This document shows positions 38,501 to 51,700 of a stretch of 64,000 nt of DNA, in pieces. The notes beneath the pieces were generated by a model. The model did not search any database. It was given only the letters and a program-made list of their open reading frames with translations, and was not told the origin of the DNA. The DNA is from Eledone cirrhosa (lineage: Eukaryota): positions 27,156,001-27,220,000 of the forward strand of contig OZ024744.1 of NCBI GenBank assembly GCA_964016885.1. Reading direction: 5' to 3'. How positions within the stretch are numbered: position 1 is the first letter of the stretch; each line of letters starts with the position of its first letter. Both the position numbers and the translations under genes were made by a program.

Positions 38501-39700
38501 TTAGGGCCAGTGACACCAGAAGTCTCCACTGTTACGGCTAGGCATCTCAGTGCATGTGGTGGTAAGGAGGGAGGTAACCTTAGGGCCAGGCACACCAGAA
38601 GTCTCCACTGTTACGGCTAGGCATTTCAGTGCATGTGGTGGTAAGAAGGGAAGTAACCTTAGGGCCAGGGACACCAGAAGTCTCCACTGTTACGGCTAGG
38701 CATCTCAGTGCATGAGGTGGTAAGAAGGGAGGTAACCTTAGGGCCAAGGACACCAGAAGTCTCCACTGTTACGGCTAGGCATCTCAGTGCATGTGGTGGT
38801 AAGAAGGGAGGTAACCTTAGGGCCAGGGACACCAGAAGACTCCACTGCTACGGCTAGGCATCTCAGTGCATGTGGTGGTAAGAAGGGAGGTAACCTTAGG
38901 GCCAAGGACACCAGAAGTCTCCACTGTTACGGCTAGGCATGTCAGTGCATGTGGTGGTAAGAAGGGAGGGAAACTTAGGGCCAGGGACACCAGAAGTCTC
39001 CACTGTTACGGCTAGGCATCTCAGTGCATGTGGTGGTAAGAAGGGAGGTAACCTTAGGGCCAAGGACACCAGAAGTCTCCACTGTTACGGCTAGGCATCT
39101 CAGTGCATCTGGTGGTAAGAAGGGAGGTAACCTTAGGGCCAGGGACACCAGAAGTCTCCACTGCTACGGCTAGGCATCTCAGTGCATGTGGTGGTAAGAA
39201 GGAAGTAACCTTAGGGCCAGGGACACCAGAAGTCTCCACTGTTACGGCTAGGCATCTCAGTGCATGTGGTGGTAAGGAGGGAGGTAACCTTAGGGCCAGG
39301 CACACCAGAAGTCTCCACTGTTACGGCTAGGCATTTCAGTGCATGTGGTGGTAAGAAGGGAAGTAACCTTAGGGCCAGCGACACCAGAAGTCTCCACTGT
39401 TACGGCTAGGCATCTCAGTGCATGTGGTGGTAAGAAGGGAGGTAACCTTAGGGCCAAGGACACCAGAAGTCTCCACTGTTACGGCTAGGCATCTCAGTGC
39501 ATGTGGTGGTAAGAAGGGAGGTAACCTTAGGGCCAGGGACACCAGAAGTCTCCACTGCTACGGCTAGGCATCTCAGTGCATGTGGTGGTAAGAAGGAAGT
39601 AACCTTAGGGCCAGTGACACCAGAAGTCTCCACTGTTACGGCTAGGCATCTCAGTGCATGTGGTGGTAAGGAGGGAGGTAACCTTAGGGCCAGGCACACC
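22240..39700 (+). repeat. 30-monomer higher-order repeat, 2367 bp, several full and partial copies
   Basis: The offset 2367 = 30x79-3 recurs at 22764/25131, 30103/32470, 35470/37837, 35977/38344, 36687/39054 and 37081/39448. The GTTATATC marker is spaced 2367-2368 bp five times. Confidence 0.88.
27760..38340 (+). repeat. ~5.2-5.4 kb tandem duplication (third copy C ~32950-38340)
   Basis: Offsets are 5209 (27893/33102, 28479/33688, 28919/34128) and then 5367 (30103/35470, 31714/37081, 32470/37837). The shared rare variant GTGGAAAG lies at 21990/29329/34696. Confidence 0.9.
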
Positions 39701-42700
39701 AGAAGTCTCCACTGTTACGGCTAGGCATTTCAGTGCATGTGGTGGTAAGAAGGGAAGTAACCTTAGGGCCAGGGACACCAGAAGTCTCCACTGTTACGTC
39801 TAGGCATCTCAGTGCATGTGGTGGTAAGAAGGGAGGTAACCTTAGGGCCAAGGACACCAGAAGTCTCCACTGTTACGGCTAGGCATCTCAGTGCATGTGG
39901 TGGTAAGAAGGGAGGTAACCTTAGGGCCAGGGACACCAGAAGACTCCACTGCTACGGCTAGGCATCTCAGTGCATGTGGTGGTAAAAGGGAGGTAACCTT
40001 AGGGCCAAGGACACCAGAAGTCTCCACTGTTACGGCTAGGCATGTCAGTGCATGTGGTGGTAAGAAGGGAGGGAACCTTAGGGCCAGGGACACCAGAAGT
40101 CTCCACTGTTACGGCTAGGCATCTCAGTGCATGTGGTGGTAAGAAGGGAGGTAACCTTAGGGCCAAGGACACCAGAAGTCTCCACTGTTACGGCTAGGCA
40201 TCTCAGTGCATCTGGTGGTAAGAAGGGAGGTAACCTTAGGTCCAGGGACACCAGAAGTCTCCACTGCTACGGCTAGGCATCTCAGTGCATGTGGTGGTAA
40301 GAAGGAAGTAACCTTAGGGCCAGGGACACCAGAAGTCTCCACTGTTATGGCTAGGCATCTCAGTGCATGTGGTGGTAAGGAGGGAGGTAACCTTAGGGCC
40401 AGGCACACCAGAAGTCTCCACTGTTACGGCTAGGCATTTCAGTGCATGTGGTGGTAAGAAGGGAAGTAACCTTAGGGCCAGGGACACCAGAAGTCTCCAC
40501 TGTTACGGCTAGGCATCTCAGTGCATGTGGTGGTAAGAAGGGAGGTAACCTTAGGGCCAAGGACACCAGAAGTCTCCACTGTTACGGCTAGGCATCTCAG
40601 TGCATGTGGTGGTAAGAAGGGAGGTAACCTTAGGGCCAGGGACACCAGAAGTCTCCACTGCTACGGCTAGGCATCTCAGTGCATGTGGTGGTAAGAAGGG
40701 AGGTAACCTTAGGGCCAGAGGCAGCAGAAGTCTCCACTGCAACGGCTAGGCATCTCAGTGCATGTGGTGGTAAGAAGGGAGGTAACCTTAGGGCCAGGGA
40801 CACCAGAAGTCTACACTGTTACGGCTAGTTATATCAGTGCATGTGGTGGTAAGAAGGGAAGTAACCTTAGGGCCAGGGACACCAGAAGACTCCACTGTTA
40901 CGGCTAGGCATCTCAGTGCATGTGGTGGTAAGAAGGGAGGTAACCTTAGGTCCAAGGACACAAGAAGTCTCCACTGTTACGGCTAGGCATCTCAGTGCAT
41001 GTGGTGGTAAGAAGGGAGGTAACCTTAGGGCCAGGGAGACCAGACGTCTCCACTGCTACGGCTAGTCATCTCAGTGCATGTGGTGGTAAGAATGGAGGTA
41101 ACCTTAGGGCCAAGGACACCAGAAGTCTCCACTGTTACGCCTAGGCATCTCAGTGCATGTGGTGGTAAGAAGGAAGTAACCTTAGGGCCAGGGACACCAG
41201 AAGTCTCCACTGCTACGGCTAGGCATCTCAGTGCATGTGGTGGTAAGAAGGGAGGTAACCTTAGGGCCAGGGACACCAAAAGTCTCCACTGGCACGGCTA
41301 GGCATCTCAGTGCATGTGGTGGTAAGAAGGGAGGTAACCTTAGGGCCAGGGACAGCAGAAGTCTCCACTGCTGCAGCTAGGCATCTCAGTGCATGTGGTG
41401 GTAAGAAGGGAGGTAACCTTAGGGCCAGGGACACCAGAAGTCTACACTGTTGCGGCTAGGCATATCAGTGCATGTGGTGGTAAGAAGGGAGGTAACCTTA
41501 GAGCCAGGGAGACCAGAAGACTCAACTGTTACGGCTAGGCATCTCAGTGCATGTGGTGGTAAGAATGAGGTAACCTTAGGGCCAGGGACACCAGATGTCT
41601 CCACTGTTACGGCTAGGCATCTCAGTGCATGTGGTGGTAAGAAGGGAGGTAACCTTAGGGCCAGGGACACCAGAAGACTCCACTGCTACGGCTAGGCATC
41701 TCAGTGCATGTGGTGGTAAGAAGGGAAGTAACCTTAGGGCCAAGGACACCAGAAGTCTCCACTGTTACAGCTAGGCATGTCAGTGCATGTGGTTGTAAGA
41801 AGGGAGGGAACCTTAGGGCCAGGGACACCAGAAGTCTCCACTGTTACGGCTAGGCATCTCAGTGCATGTGGTGGTAAGAAGGGAGGTAACCTTAGGGCCA
41901 GGGACACCAGAAGTGTCCACTGCTACGGCTAGGCATCTCAGTGCATGTGGTGGTAAGGAGGGAGGTAACCTTAGGGCCAGGGACACCAGAAGTCTCCAGT
42001 GTTACGGCTAGGCATCTCAGTGCATGTGGTGGTAAGAACGGAAGGAAACTTAGGGCCAGGGACACCAGAAGTCTCCACTGTTACGGCTAGGCATCTCAGT
42101 GCATGTGGTGGTAAGAAGGGAGGGAACCATAGGGCCAGGGACACCAGAAGTCTCCACTGTTACGGCTAGGCATCTCAGTGCATGGGGTGGTAAGAAGGGA
42201 GGGAATCTTAAGGCCAGGCACATCAGAAGTCTCCACTGCTACGGCTAGGCATCTCAGTGCATGTGGTGGTAAGAAAGGAGGTAACCTTAGGTCCAGGGAC
42301 ACCAGAAGTCTCCACTGTTACGGCTAGGCATCTCAGTGCATGTGGTGGTAAGAAGGGAGGTAACCTTAGGGCCAGGGACACCAGAAGTCTCCACTGCTAC
42401 GGCTAGGCATCTCAGTGCATGTGGTGGTAAGAAGGGAGGGAACCTTAGGTCCAGGGACACCAGAAGTCTCCACTGCTACGGCTAGGCATCTCAGTTCATG
42501 TGGTGGTAAGAAGGGAGGTAACCTTAGGGCCAAGGACACCAGAAGTCTCCACTGTTACGGCTAGGCATCTCAGTGCATGTGGTGGTAAGAAGGGAGGTAA
42601 CCTTAGGTCCAGGGACACCAGAAGTCTCCACTGCTACGGCTAGGCATCTCAGTGCATGTGGTGGTAAGAATGGAGGTAACCTTAGGGCCAGGGACAGCAG

Positions 42701-45700
42701 AAGTCTCCACTGCAACGGCTAGGCATCTCAGTGCATGTGGTGGTAAGAAGGGAGGTAACCTTAGGGCCAGGGTCACCAGAAGTCTACACTGTTACGGCTA
42801 GTTATATCAGTGCATGTGGTGGTAAGAAGGGAGGTAACCTTAGGGCCAGGGACACCAGAAGACTCCACTGTTACGGCTAGGCATCTCAGTGCATGTGGTG
42901 GTAAGAAGGGAGGTAACCTTAGGTCCAAGGACACAAGAAGTCTCCACTGTTACGGCTAGGCATCTCAGTGCATGTGGTGGTAAGAAGGGAGGTAACCTTA
43001 GGGCCAGGGAGACCAGACGTCTCCACTGCTACGGCTAGTCATCTCAGTGCATGTGGTGGTAAGAATGGAGGTAACCTTAGGGCCAAGGACACCAGAAGTC
43101 TCCACTGTTACGCCTAGGCATCTCAGTGCATGTGGTGGTAAGAAGGAAGTAACCTTAGGGCCAGGGACACCAGAAGTCTCCACTGCTACGGCTAGGCATC
43201 TCAGTGCATGTGGTGGTAAGAAGGGAGGTAACCTTAGGGCCAGGGACAGCAGAAGTCTCCACTGTTACGGCTAGGCATATCAGTGCATGTGGTGGTAAGA
43301 AGGGAGTTAACCTTAGGGCCAAGGACACCAGAAGTCTCCACTGGCACGGCTAGGCATCTCAGTGCATGTGGTGGTAAGAAGGGAGGTAACCTTAGCGCCA
43401 GGGACACCAGAAGTCTCCACTGCTACGGCTAGGCATGTCAGTGCATGTGGGGGTAAGAAGGGAGGTAACCTTAGGGCCAAGGACACCAGAAGACTCCACT
43501 GTTACGGCTAGGCATGTCAGTGCATGTGGTGGTAAGAAGGGAGGTAACCTTAGGGCCCGGGACACCAGAAGACTCCACTGTTACGGCTAGGCATGTCAGT
43601 GCATGTGGTGGTAAGAAGGGAGCTAACCTTAGGGCCAAAGACACCAGAAGTCTCCACTGTTACGGCTAGGCATGTCAGTGCATGTGGTGGTAAGAAGGGA
43701 GGTAACCTTAGGGCCAAGGACACCAGAAGTCTCCACTGTTACGGCTAGGCATCTCAGTGCATGTGGTGGTAAGAAGGGAGGGAACCTTAGGGCCAGGGAC
43801 ACCAGAAGTCTCCACTGTTACGGCTAGGCATCTCAGTGCATGGGGTGGTAAGAAGGGAGGGAATCTTAGGGCCAGGCACATCAGAAGTCTCCACTGCTAC
43901 GGCTAGGCATCTCAGTGCATGTGGTGGTAAGAAAGGAGGTAACCTTAGGTCCAGGGACACCAGAAGTCTCCACTGTTACGGCTAGGCATCTCAGTGCATG
44001 TGGTGGTAAGAAGGGAGGTAACCTTAGGGCCAGGGACACCAGAAGTCTCCACTGCTACTGCTAGGCATCTCAGTGCATGTGGTGGTAAGAAGGGAGGGAA
44101 CCTTAGGTCCAGGGACACCAGAAGTCTCCACTGCTACGGCTAGGCATCTCAGTTCATGTGGTGGTAAGAAGGGAGGTAACCTTAGGGCCAAGGACACCAG
44201 AAGTCTCCACTGTTACGGCTAGGCATCTCAGTGCATTTGGTGGTAAGAAGGGAGGTAACCTTAGGTCCAGGGACACCAGAAGTCTCAACTGCTACGGCTA
44301 GGCATCTCAGTGCATGTGGTGGTAAGAAGGGAGGTAACCTTAGGGCCAGGGACAGCAGAAGTCTCCACTGCAACGGCTAGGCATCTCAGTGCATGTGGTG
44401 GTAAGACGGGAGGTTACCTTAGGGCCAGGGACACCAGAAGTCTACACTGTTACGGCTAGTTATATCAGTGCATGTGGTGGTAAGAAGGGAGGTAACCTTA
44501 GGGCCAGGGACACCAGAAGACTCCACTGTTACGGCTAGGCATCTCAGTGCATGTGGTGGTAAGAAGGGAGGTAACCTTAGGTCCAAGGACCCAAGAAGTC
44601 TCCACTGGTACGGCTAGGCATCTCAGTGCATGTGGTGGTAAGAAGGGAGTTAACCTTAGGGCCAGGGAGACTAGACGTCTCCACTGCTACGGCTAGTCAA
44701 TCTCAGTGCATGTGGTGGTAAGAATGGAGGTAACCTTAGGGCCAAGGACACCAGAAGTCTCCACTGTTACGCCTAGGCATCTCAGTGCATGTGGTGGTAA
44801 GAAGGAAGTAACCTTAGGGCCAGGGTAACCAGAAGTCTCCACTGCTACGGCTAGGCATCTCAGTGCATGTGGTGGTAAGAAGGGAGGTAACCTTAGGGCC
44901 AGGGACAGCAGAAGTCTCCACTGTTACGGCTAGGCATATCAGTGCATGTGGTGGTAAGAAGGGAGTTAACCTTAGGGCCAAGGACACCAGAAGTCTCCAC
45001 TGTTACGGCTAGGCATCTCAGTGCATGTGTTGGTAAGAAGGGAGGTAACCTTAGGGCCAAGGACACCAGAAGTCTCCACTGTTACGCCTAGGCATCTCAG
45101 TGCATGTGGTGGTAAGAAGGGAGGTAACCTTAGGGCCAAGGACACCAGAAGTCTCCACTGCCACGGCTAGGTATCTCAGTGCATGTGGTGGTAAGAAGGA
45201 AGGTAACCATAGCGCCAGGGACACCAGAAGTCTCCACTGCTACGGCTAGGTATGTCAGTGCATGTGGTGGTAAGAAGGGAGGTAACCTTAGGGCCAAGGA
45301 CACCAGAAGAATCCACTGTTACGGCTAGGCATGTCAGTGCATGTGGTGGTAAGAAGGGAGGTAACCTTAGGGCCAGGGACACCAGAAGACTCCACTGTTA
45401 CGGCTAGGCATGTCAGTGCATGTGGTGGTAAGGAGGGAGATAACCTTAGGGCCAAGGACACCAGAAGTCTCCACTGTTACAGCTAGGCATCTCAGTGCAT
45501 GTGGTGGTAAGAAGGGAGGTAAGCTTAGGGCCAGGGACACCAGAAGTCTCCACTGTTACGGCTAGGCATCTCAGTGCATGAGGTGGTAAGAAGGGAGGTA
45601 ACCTTAGGGCCAAGGACACCAGAAGTCTCCACTGTTACGGCTAGGCATCTCAGTGCATGTGGTGGTAAGAAGGAAGTAACCTTAGGGCCAGTGACACCAG

Positions 45701-48700
45701 AAGTCTCCACTGTTACGGCTAGGCATCTCAGTGCATGTGGTGGTAAGGAGGGAGGTAACCTTAGGGCCAGGCACACCAGAAGTCTCCACTGTTACGGCTA
45801 GGCATTTCAGTGCATGTGGTGGTAAGAAGGGAAGTAACCTTAGGGCCAGGGACACCAGAAGTCTCCACTGTTACGGCTAGGCATCTCAGTGCATGAGGTG
45901 GTAAGAAGGGAGGTAACCTTAGGGCCAAGGACACCAGAAGTCTCCACTGTTACGGCTAGGCATCTCAGTGCATGTGGTGGTAAGAAGGGAGGTAACCTTA
46001 GGGCCAGGGACACCAGAAGACTCCACTGCTACGGCTAGGCATCTCAGTGCATGTGGTGGTAAGAAGGGAGGTAACCTTAGGTCCAAGGACACAAGAAGTC
46101 TCCACTGTTACGGCTAGGCATCTCAGTGCATGTGGTGGTAAGAAGGGAGGTAACCTTAGGGCCAGGGAGACCAGACGTCTCCACTGCTACGGCTAGTCAT
46201 CTCAGTGCATGTGGTGGTAAGAATGGAGGTAACCTTAGGGCCAAGGACACCAGAAGTCTCCACTGTTACGCCTAGGCATCTCAGTGCATGTGGTGGTAAG
46301 AAGGAAGTAACCTTAGGGCCAGGGACACCAGAAGTCTCCACTGCTACGGCTAGGCATCTCAGTGCATGTGGTGGTAAGAAGGGAGGTAACCTTAGGGCCA
46401 GGGACAGCAGAAGTCTCCACTGTTACGGCTAGGCATATCAGTGCATGTGGTGGTAAGAAGGGAGTTAACCTTAGGGCCAAGGACACCAGAAGTCTCCACT
46501 GGCACGGCTAGGCATCTCAGTGCATGTGGTGGTAAGAAGGGAGGTAACCTTAGCGCCAGGGACACCAGAAGTCTCCACTGCTACGGCTAGGCATGTCAGT
46601 GCATGTGGGGGTAAGAAGGGAGGTAACCTTAGGGCCAAGGACACCAGAAGACTCCACTGTTACGGCTAGGCATGTCAGTGCATGTGGTGGTAAGAAGGGA
46701 GGTAACCTTAGGGCCCGGGACACCAGAAGACTCCACTGTTACGGCTAGGCATGTCAGTGCATGTGGTGGTAAGAAGGGAGCTAACCTTAGGGCCAAAGAC
46801 ACCAGAAGTCTCCACTGTTACGGCTAGGCATGTCAGTGCATGTGGTGGTAAGAAGGGAGGTAACCTTAGGGCCAAGGACACCAGAAGTCTCCACTGTTAC
46901 GGCTAGGCATCTCAGTGCATGTGGTGGTAAGAAGGGAGGGAACCTTAGGGCCAGGGACACCAGAAGTCTCCACTGTTACGGCTAGGCATCTCAGTGCATG
47001 GGGTGGTAAGAAGGGAGGGAATCTTAGGGCCAGGCACATCAGAAGTCTCCACTGCTACGGCTAGGCATCTCAGTGCATGTGGTGGTAAGAAAGGAGGTAA
47101 CCTTAGGTCCAGGGACACCAGAAGTCTCCACTGTTACGGCTAGGCATCTCAGTGCATGTGGTGGTAAGAAGGGAGGTAACCTTAGGGCCAGGGACACCAG
47201 AAGTCTCCACTGCTACTGCTAGGCATCTCAGTGCATGTGGTGGTAAGAAGGGAGGGAACCTTAGGTCCAGGGACACCAGAAGTCTCCACTGCTACGGCTA
47301 GGCATCTCAGTTCATGTGCTGGTAAGAAGGGAGGTAACCTTAGGGCCAAGGACACCAGAAGTCTCCACTGTTACGGCTAGGCATCTCAGTGCATTTGGTG
47401 GTAAGAAGGGAGGTAACCTTAGGTCCAGGGACACCAGAAGTCTCAACTGCTACGGCTAGGCATCTCAGTGCATGTGGTGGTAAGAAGGGAGGTAACCTTA
47501 GGGCCAGGGACAGCAGAAGTCTCCACTGCAACGGCTAGGCATCTCAGTGCATGTGGTGGTAAGACGGGAGGTTACCTTAGGGCCAGGGACACCAGAAGTC
47601 TACACTGTTACGGCTAGTTATATCAGTGCATGTGGTGGTAAGAAGGGAGGTAACCTTAGGGCCAGGGACACCAGAAGACTCCACTGTTACGGCTAGGCAT
47701 CTCAGTGCATGTGGTGGTAAGAAGGGAGGTAACCTTAGGTCCAAGGACCCAAGAAGTCTCCACTGTTACGGCTAGGCATCTCAGTGCATGTGGTGGTAAG
47801 AAGGGAGTTAACCTTAGGGCCAGGGAGACTAGACGTCTCCACTGCTACGGCTAGTCAATCTCAGTGCATGTGGTGGTAAGAATGGAGGTAACCTTAGGGC
47901 CAAGGACACCAGAAGTCTCCACTGTTACGCCTAGGCATCTCAGTGCATGTGGTGGTAAGAAGGAAGTAACCTTAGGGCCAGGGTAACCAGAAGTCTCCAC
48001 TGCTACGGCTAGGCATCTCAGTGCATGTGGTGGTAAGAAGGGAGGTAACCTTAGGGCCAAGGACACCAGAAGTCTCCACTGTTACGGCTAGGCATCTCAG
48101 TGCATGTGTTGGTAAGAAGGGAGGTAACCTTAGGGCCAAGGACACCAGAAGTCTCCACTGTTACGCCTAGGCATCTCAGTGCATGTGGTGGTAAGAAGGG
48201 AGGTAACCTTAGGGCCAAGGACACCAGAAGTCTCCACTGCCACGGCTAGGTATCTCAGTGCATGTGGTGGTAAGAAGGAAGGTAACCATAGCGCCAGGGA
48301 CACCAGAAGTCTCCACTGCTACGGCTAGGTATGTCAGTGCATGTGGTGGTAAGAAGGGAGGTAACCTTAGGGCCAAGGACACCAGAAGACTCCACTGTTA
48401 CGGCTAGGCATGTCAGTGCATGTGGTGGTAAGAAGGGAGGTAACCTTAGGGCCAGGGACACCAGAAGACTCCACTGTTACGGCTAGGCATGTCAGTGCAT
48501 GTGGTGGTAAGGAGGGAGATAACCTTAGGGCCAAGGACACCAGAAGTCTCCACTGTTACAGCTAGGCATCTCAGTGCATGTGGTGGTAAGAAGGGAGGTA
48601 AGCTTAGGGCCAGGGACACCAGAAGTCTCCACTGTTACGGCTAGGCATCTCAGTGCATGAGGTGGTAAGAAGGGAGGTAACCTTAGGGCCAAGGACACCA

Positions 48701-51700
48701 GAAGTCTCCACTGTTACGGCTAGGCATCTCAGTGCATGTGGTGGTAAGAAGGAAGTAACCTTAGGGCCAGTGACACCAGAAGTCTCCACTGTTACGGCTA
48801 GGCATCTCAGTGCATGTGGTGGTAAGGAGGGAGGTAACCTTAGGGCCAGGCACACCAGAAGTCTCCACTGTTACGGCTAGGCATTTCAGTGCATGTGGTG
48901 GTAAGAAGGGAAGTAACCTTAGGGCCAGGGACACCAGAAGTCTCCACTGTTACGGCTAGGCATCTCAGTGCATGAGGTGGTAAGAAGGGAGGTAACCTTA
49001 GGGCCAAGGACACCAGAAGTCTCCACTGTTACGGCTAGGCATCTCAGTGCATGTGGTGGTAAGAAGGGAGGTAACCTTAGGGCCAGGGACACCAGAAGAC
49101 TCCACTGCTACGGCTAGGCATCTCAGTGCATGTGGTGGTAAGAAGGGAGGTAACCTTAGGGCCAAGGACACCAGAAGTCTCCACTGTTACGGCTAGGCAT
49201 GTCAGTGCATGTGGTGGTAAGAAGGGAGGGAAACTTAGGGCCAGGGACACCAGAAGTCTCCACTGTTACGGCTAGGCATCTCAGTGCATGTGGTGGTAAG
49301 AAGGGAGGTAACCTTAGGGCCAAGGACACCAGAAGTCTCCACTGTTACGGCTAGGCATCTCAGTGCATCTGGTGGTAAGAAGGGAGGTAACCTTAGGGCC
49401 AGGGACACCAGAAGTCTCCACTGCTACGGCTAGGCATCTCAGTGCATGTGGTGGTAAGAAGGAAGTAACCTTAGGGCCAGGGACACCAGAAGTCTCCACT
49501 GTTACGGCTAGGCATCTCAGTGCATGTGGTGGTAAGGAGGGAGGTAACCTTAGGGCCAGGCACACCAGAAGTCTCCACTGTTACGGCTAGGCATTTCAGT
49601 GCATGTGGTGGTAAGAAGGGAAGTAACCTTAGGGCCAGCGACACCAGAAGTCTCCACTGTTACGGCTAGGCATCTCAGTGCATGTGGTGGTAAGAAGGGA
49701 GGTAACCTTAGGGCCAAGGACACCAGAAGTCTCCACTGTTACGGCTAGGCATCTCAGTGCATGTGGTGGTAAGAAGGGAGGTAACCTTAGGGCCAGGGAC
49801 ACCAGAAGTCTCCACTGCTACGGCTAGGCATCTCAGTGCATGTGGTGGTAAGAAGGAAGTAACCTTAGGGCCAGTGACACCAGAAGTCTCCACTGTTACG
49901 GCTAGGCATCTCAGTGCATGTGGTGGTAAGGAGGGAGGTAACCTTAGGGCCAGGCACACCAGAAGTCTCCACTGTTACGGCTAGGCATTTCAGTGCATGT
50001 GGTGGTAAGAAGGGAAGTAACCTTAGGGCCAGGGACACCAGAAGTCTCCACTGTTACGTCTAGGCATCTCAGTGCATGTGGTGGTAAGAAGGGAGGTAAC
50101 CTTAGGGCCAAGGACACCAGAAGTCTCCACTGTTACGGCTAGGCATCTCAGTGCATGTGGTGGTAAGAAGGGAGGTAACCTTAGGGCCAGGGACACCAGA
50201 AGACTCCACTGCTACGGCTAGGCATCTCAGTGCATGTGGTGGTAAAAGGGAGGTAACCTTAGGGCCAAGGACACCAGAAGTCTCCACTGCTACGGCTAGG
50301 CATCTCAGTGCATGTGGTGGTAAGAAGGAAGTAACCTTAGGGCCAGGGACACCAGAAGTCTCCACTGTTATGGCTAGGCATCTCAGTGCATGTGGTGGTA
50401 AGGAGGGAGGTAACCTTAGGGCCAGGCACACCAGAAGTCTCCACTGTTACGGCTAGGCATTTCAGTGCATGTGGTGGTAAGAAGGGAAGTAACCTTAGGG
50501 CCAGGGACACCAGAAGTCTCCACTGTTACGGCTAGGCATCTCAGTGCATGTGGTGGTAAGAAGGGAGGTAACCTTAGGGCCAAGGACACCAGAAGTCTCC
50601 ACTGTTACGGCTAGGCATCTCAGTGCATGTGGTGGTAAGAAGGGAGGTAACCTTAGGGCCAGGGACACCAGAAGTCTCCACTGCTACGGCTAGGCATCTC
50701 AGTGCATGTGGTGGTAAGAAGGGAGGTAACCTTAGGGCCAGGGACAGCAGAAGTCTCCACTGCAACGGCTAGGCATCTCAGTGCATGTGGTGGTAAGAAG
50801 GGAGGTAACCTTAGGGCCAGGGACACCAGAAGTCTACACTGTTACGGCTAGTTATATCAGTGCATGTGGTGGTAAGAAGGGAAGTAACCTTAGGGCCAGG
50901 GACACCAGAAGACTCCACTGTTACGGCTAGGCATCTCAGTGCATGTGGTGGTAAGAAGGGAGGTAACCTTAGGTCCAAGGACACAAGAAGTCTCCACTGT
51001 TACGGCTAGGCATCTCAGTGCATGTGGTGGTAAGAAGGGAGGTAACCTTAGGGCCAGGGAGACCAGACGTCTCCACTGCTACGGCTAGTCATCTCAGTGC
51101 ATGTGGTGGTAAGAATGGAGGTAACCTTAGGGCCAAGGACACCAGAAGTCTCCACTGTTACACCTAGGCATCTCAGTGCATGTGGTGGTAAGAAGGAAGT
51201 AACCTTAGGGCCAGGGACACCAAAAGTCTCCACTGTTACGGCTAGGCATCTCAGTGCATGTGGTGGTAAGAAGGGAGGTAACCTTAGGGCCAGGGACAGC
51301 AGAAGTCTCCACTGCTGCAGCTAGGCATCTCAGTGCATGTGGTGGTAAGAAGGGAGGTAACCTTAGGGCCAGGGACACCAGAAGTCTACACTGTTGCGGC
51401 TAGGCATATCAGTGCATGTGGTGGTAAGAAGGGAGGTAACCTTAGAGCCAGGGAGACCAGAAGACTCCACTGTTACGGCTAGGCATCTCAGTGCATGTGG
51501 TGGTAAGAATGATGTAACCTTAGGGCCAGGGACACCAGATGTCTCCACTGTTACGGCTAGGCATCTCAGTGCATGTGGTGGTAAGAAGGGAGGTAACCTT
51601 AGGGCCAGGGACACCAGAAGACTCCACTGCTACGGCTAGGCATCTCAGTGCATGTGGTGGTAAGAAGGGAAGTAACCTTAGGGCCAAGGACACCAGAAGT

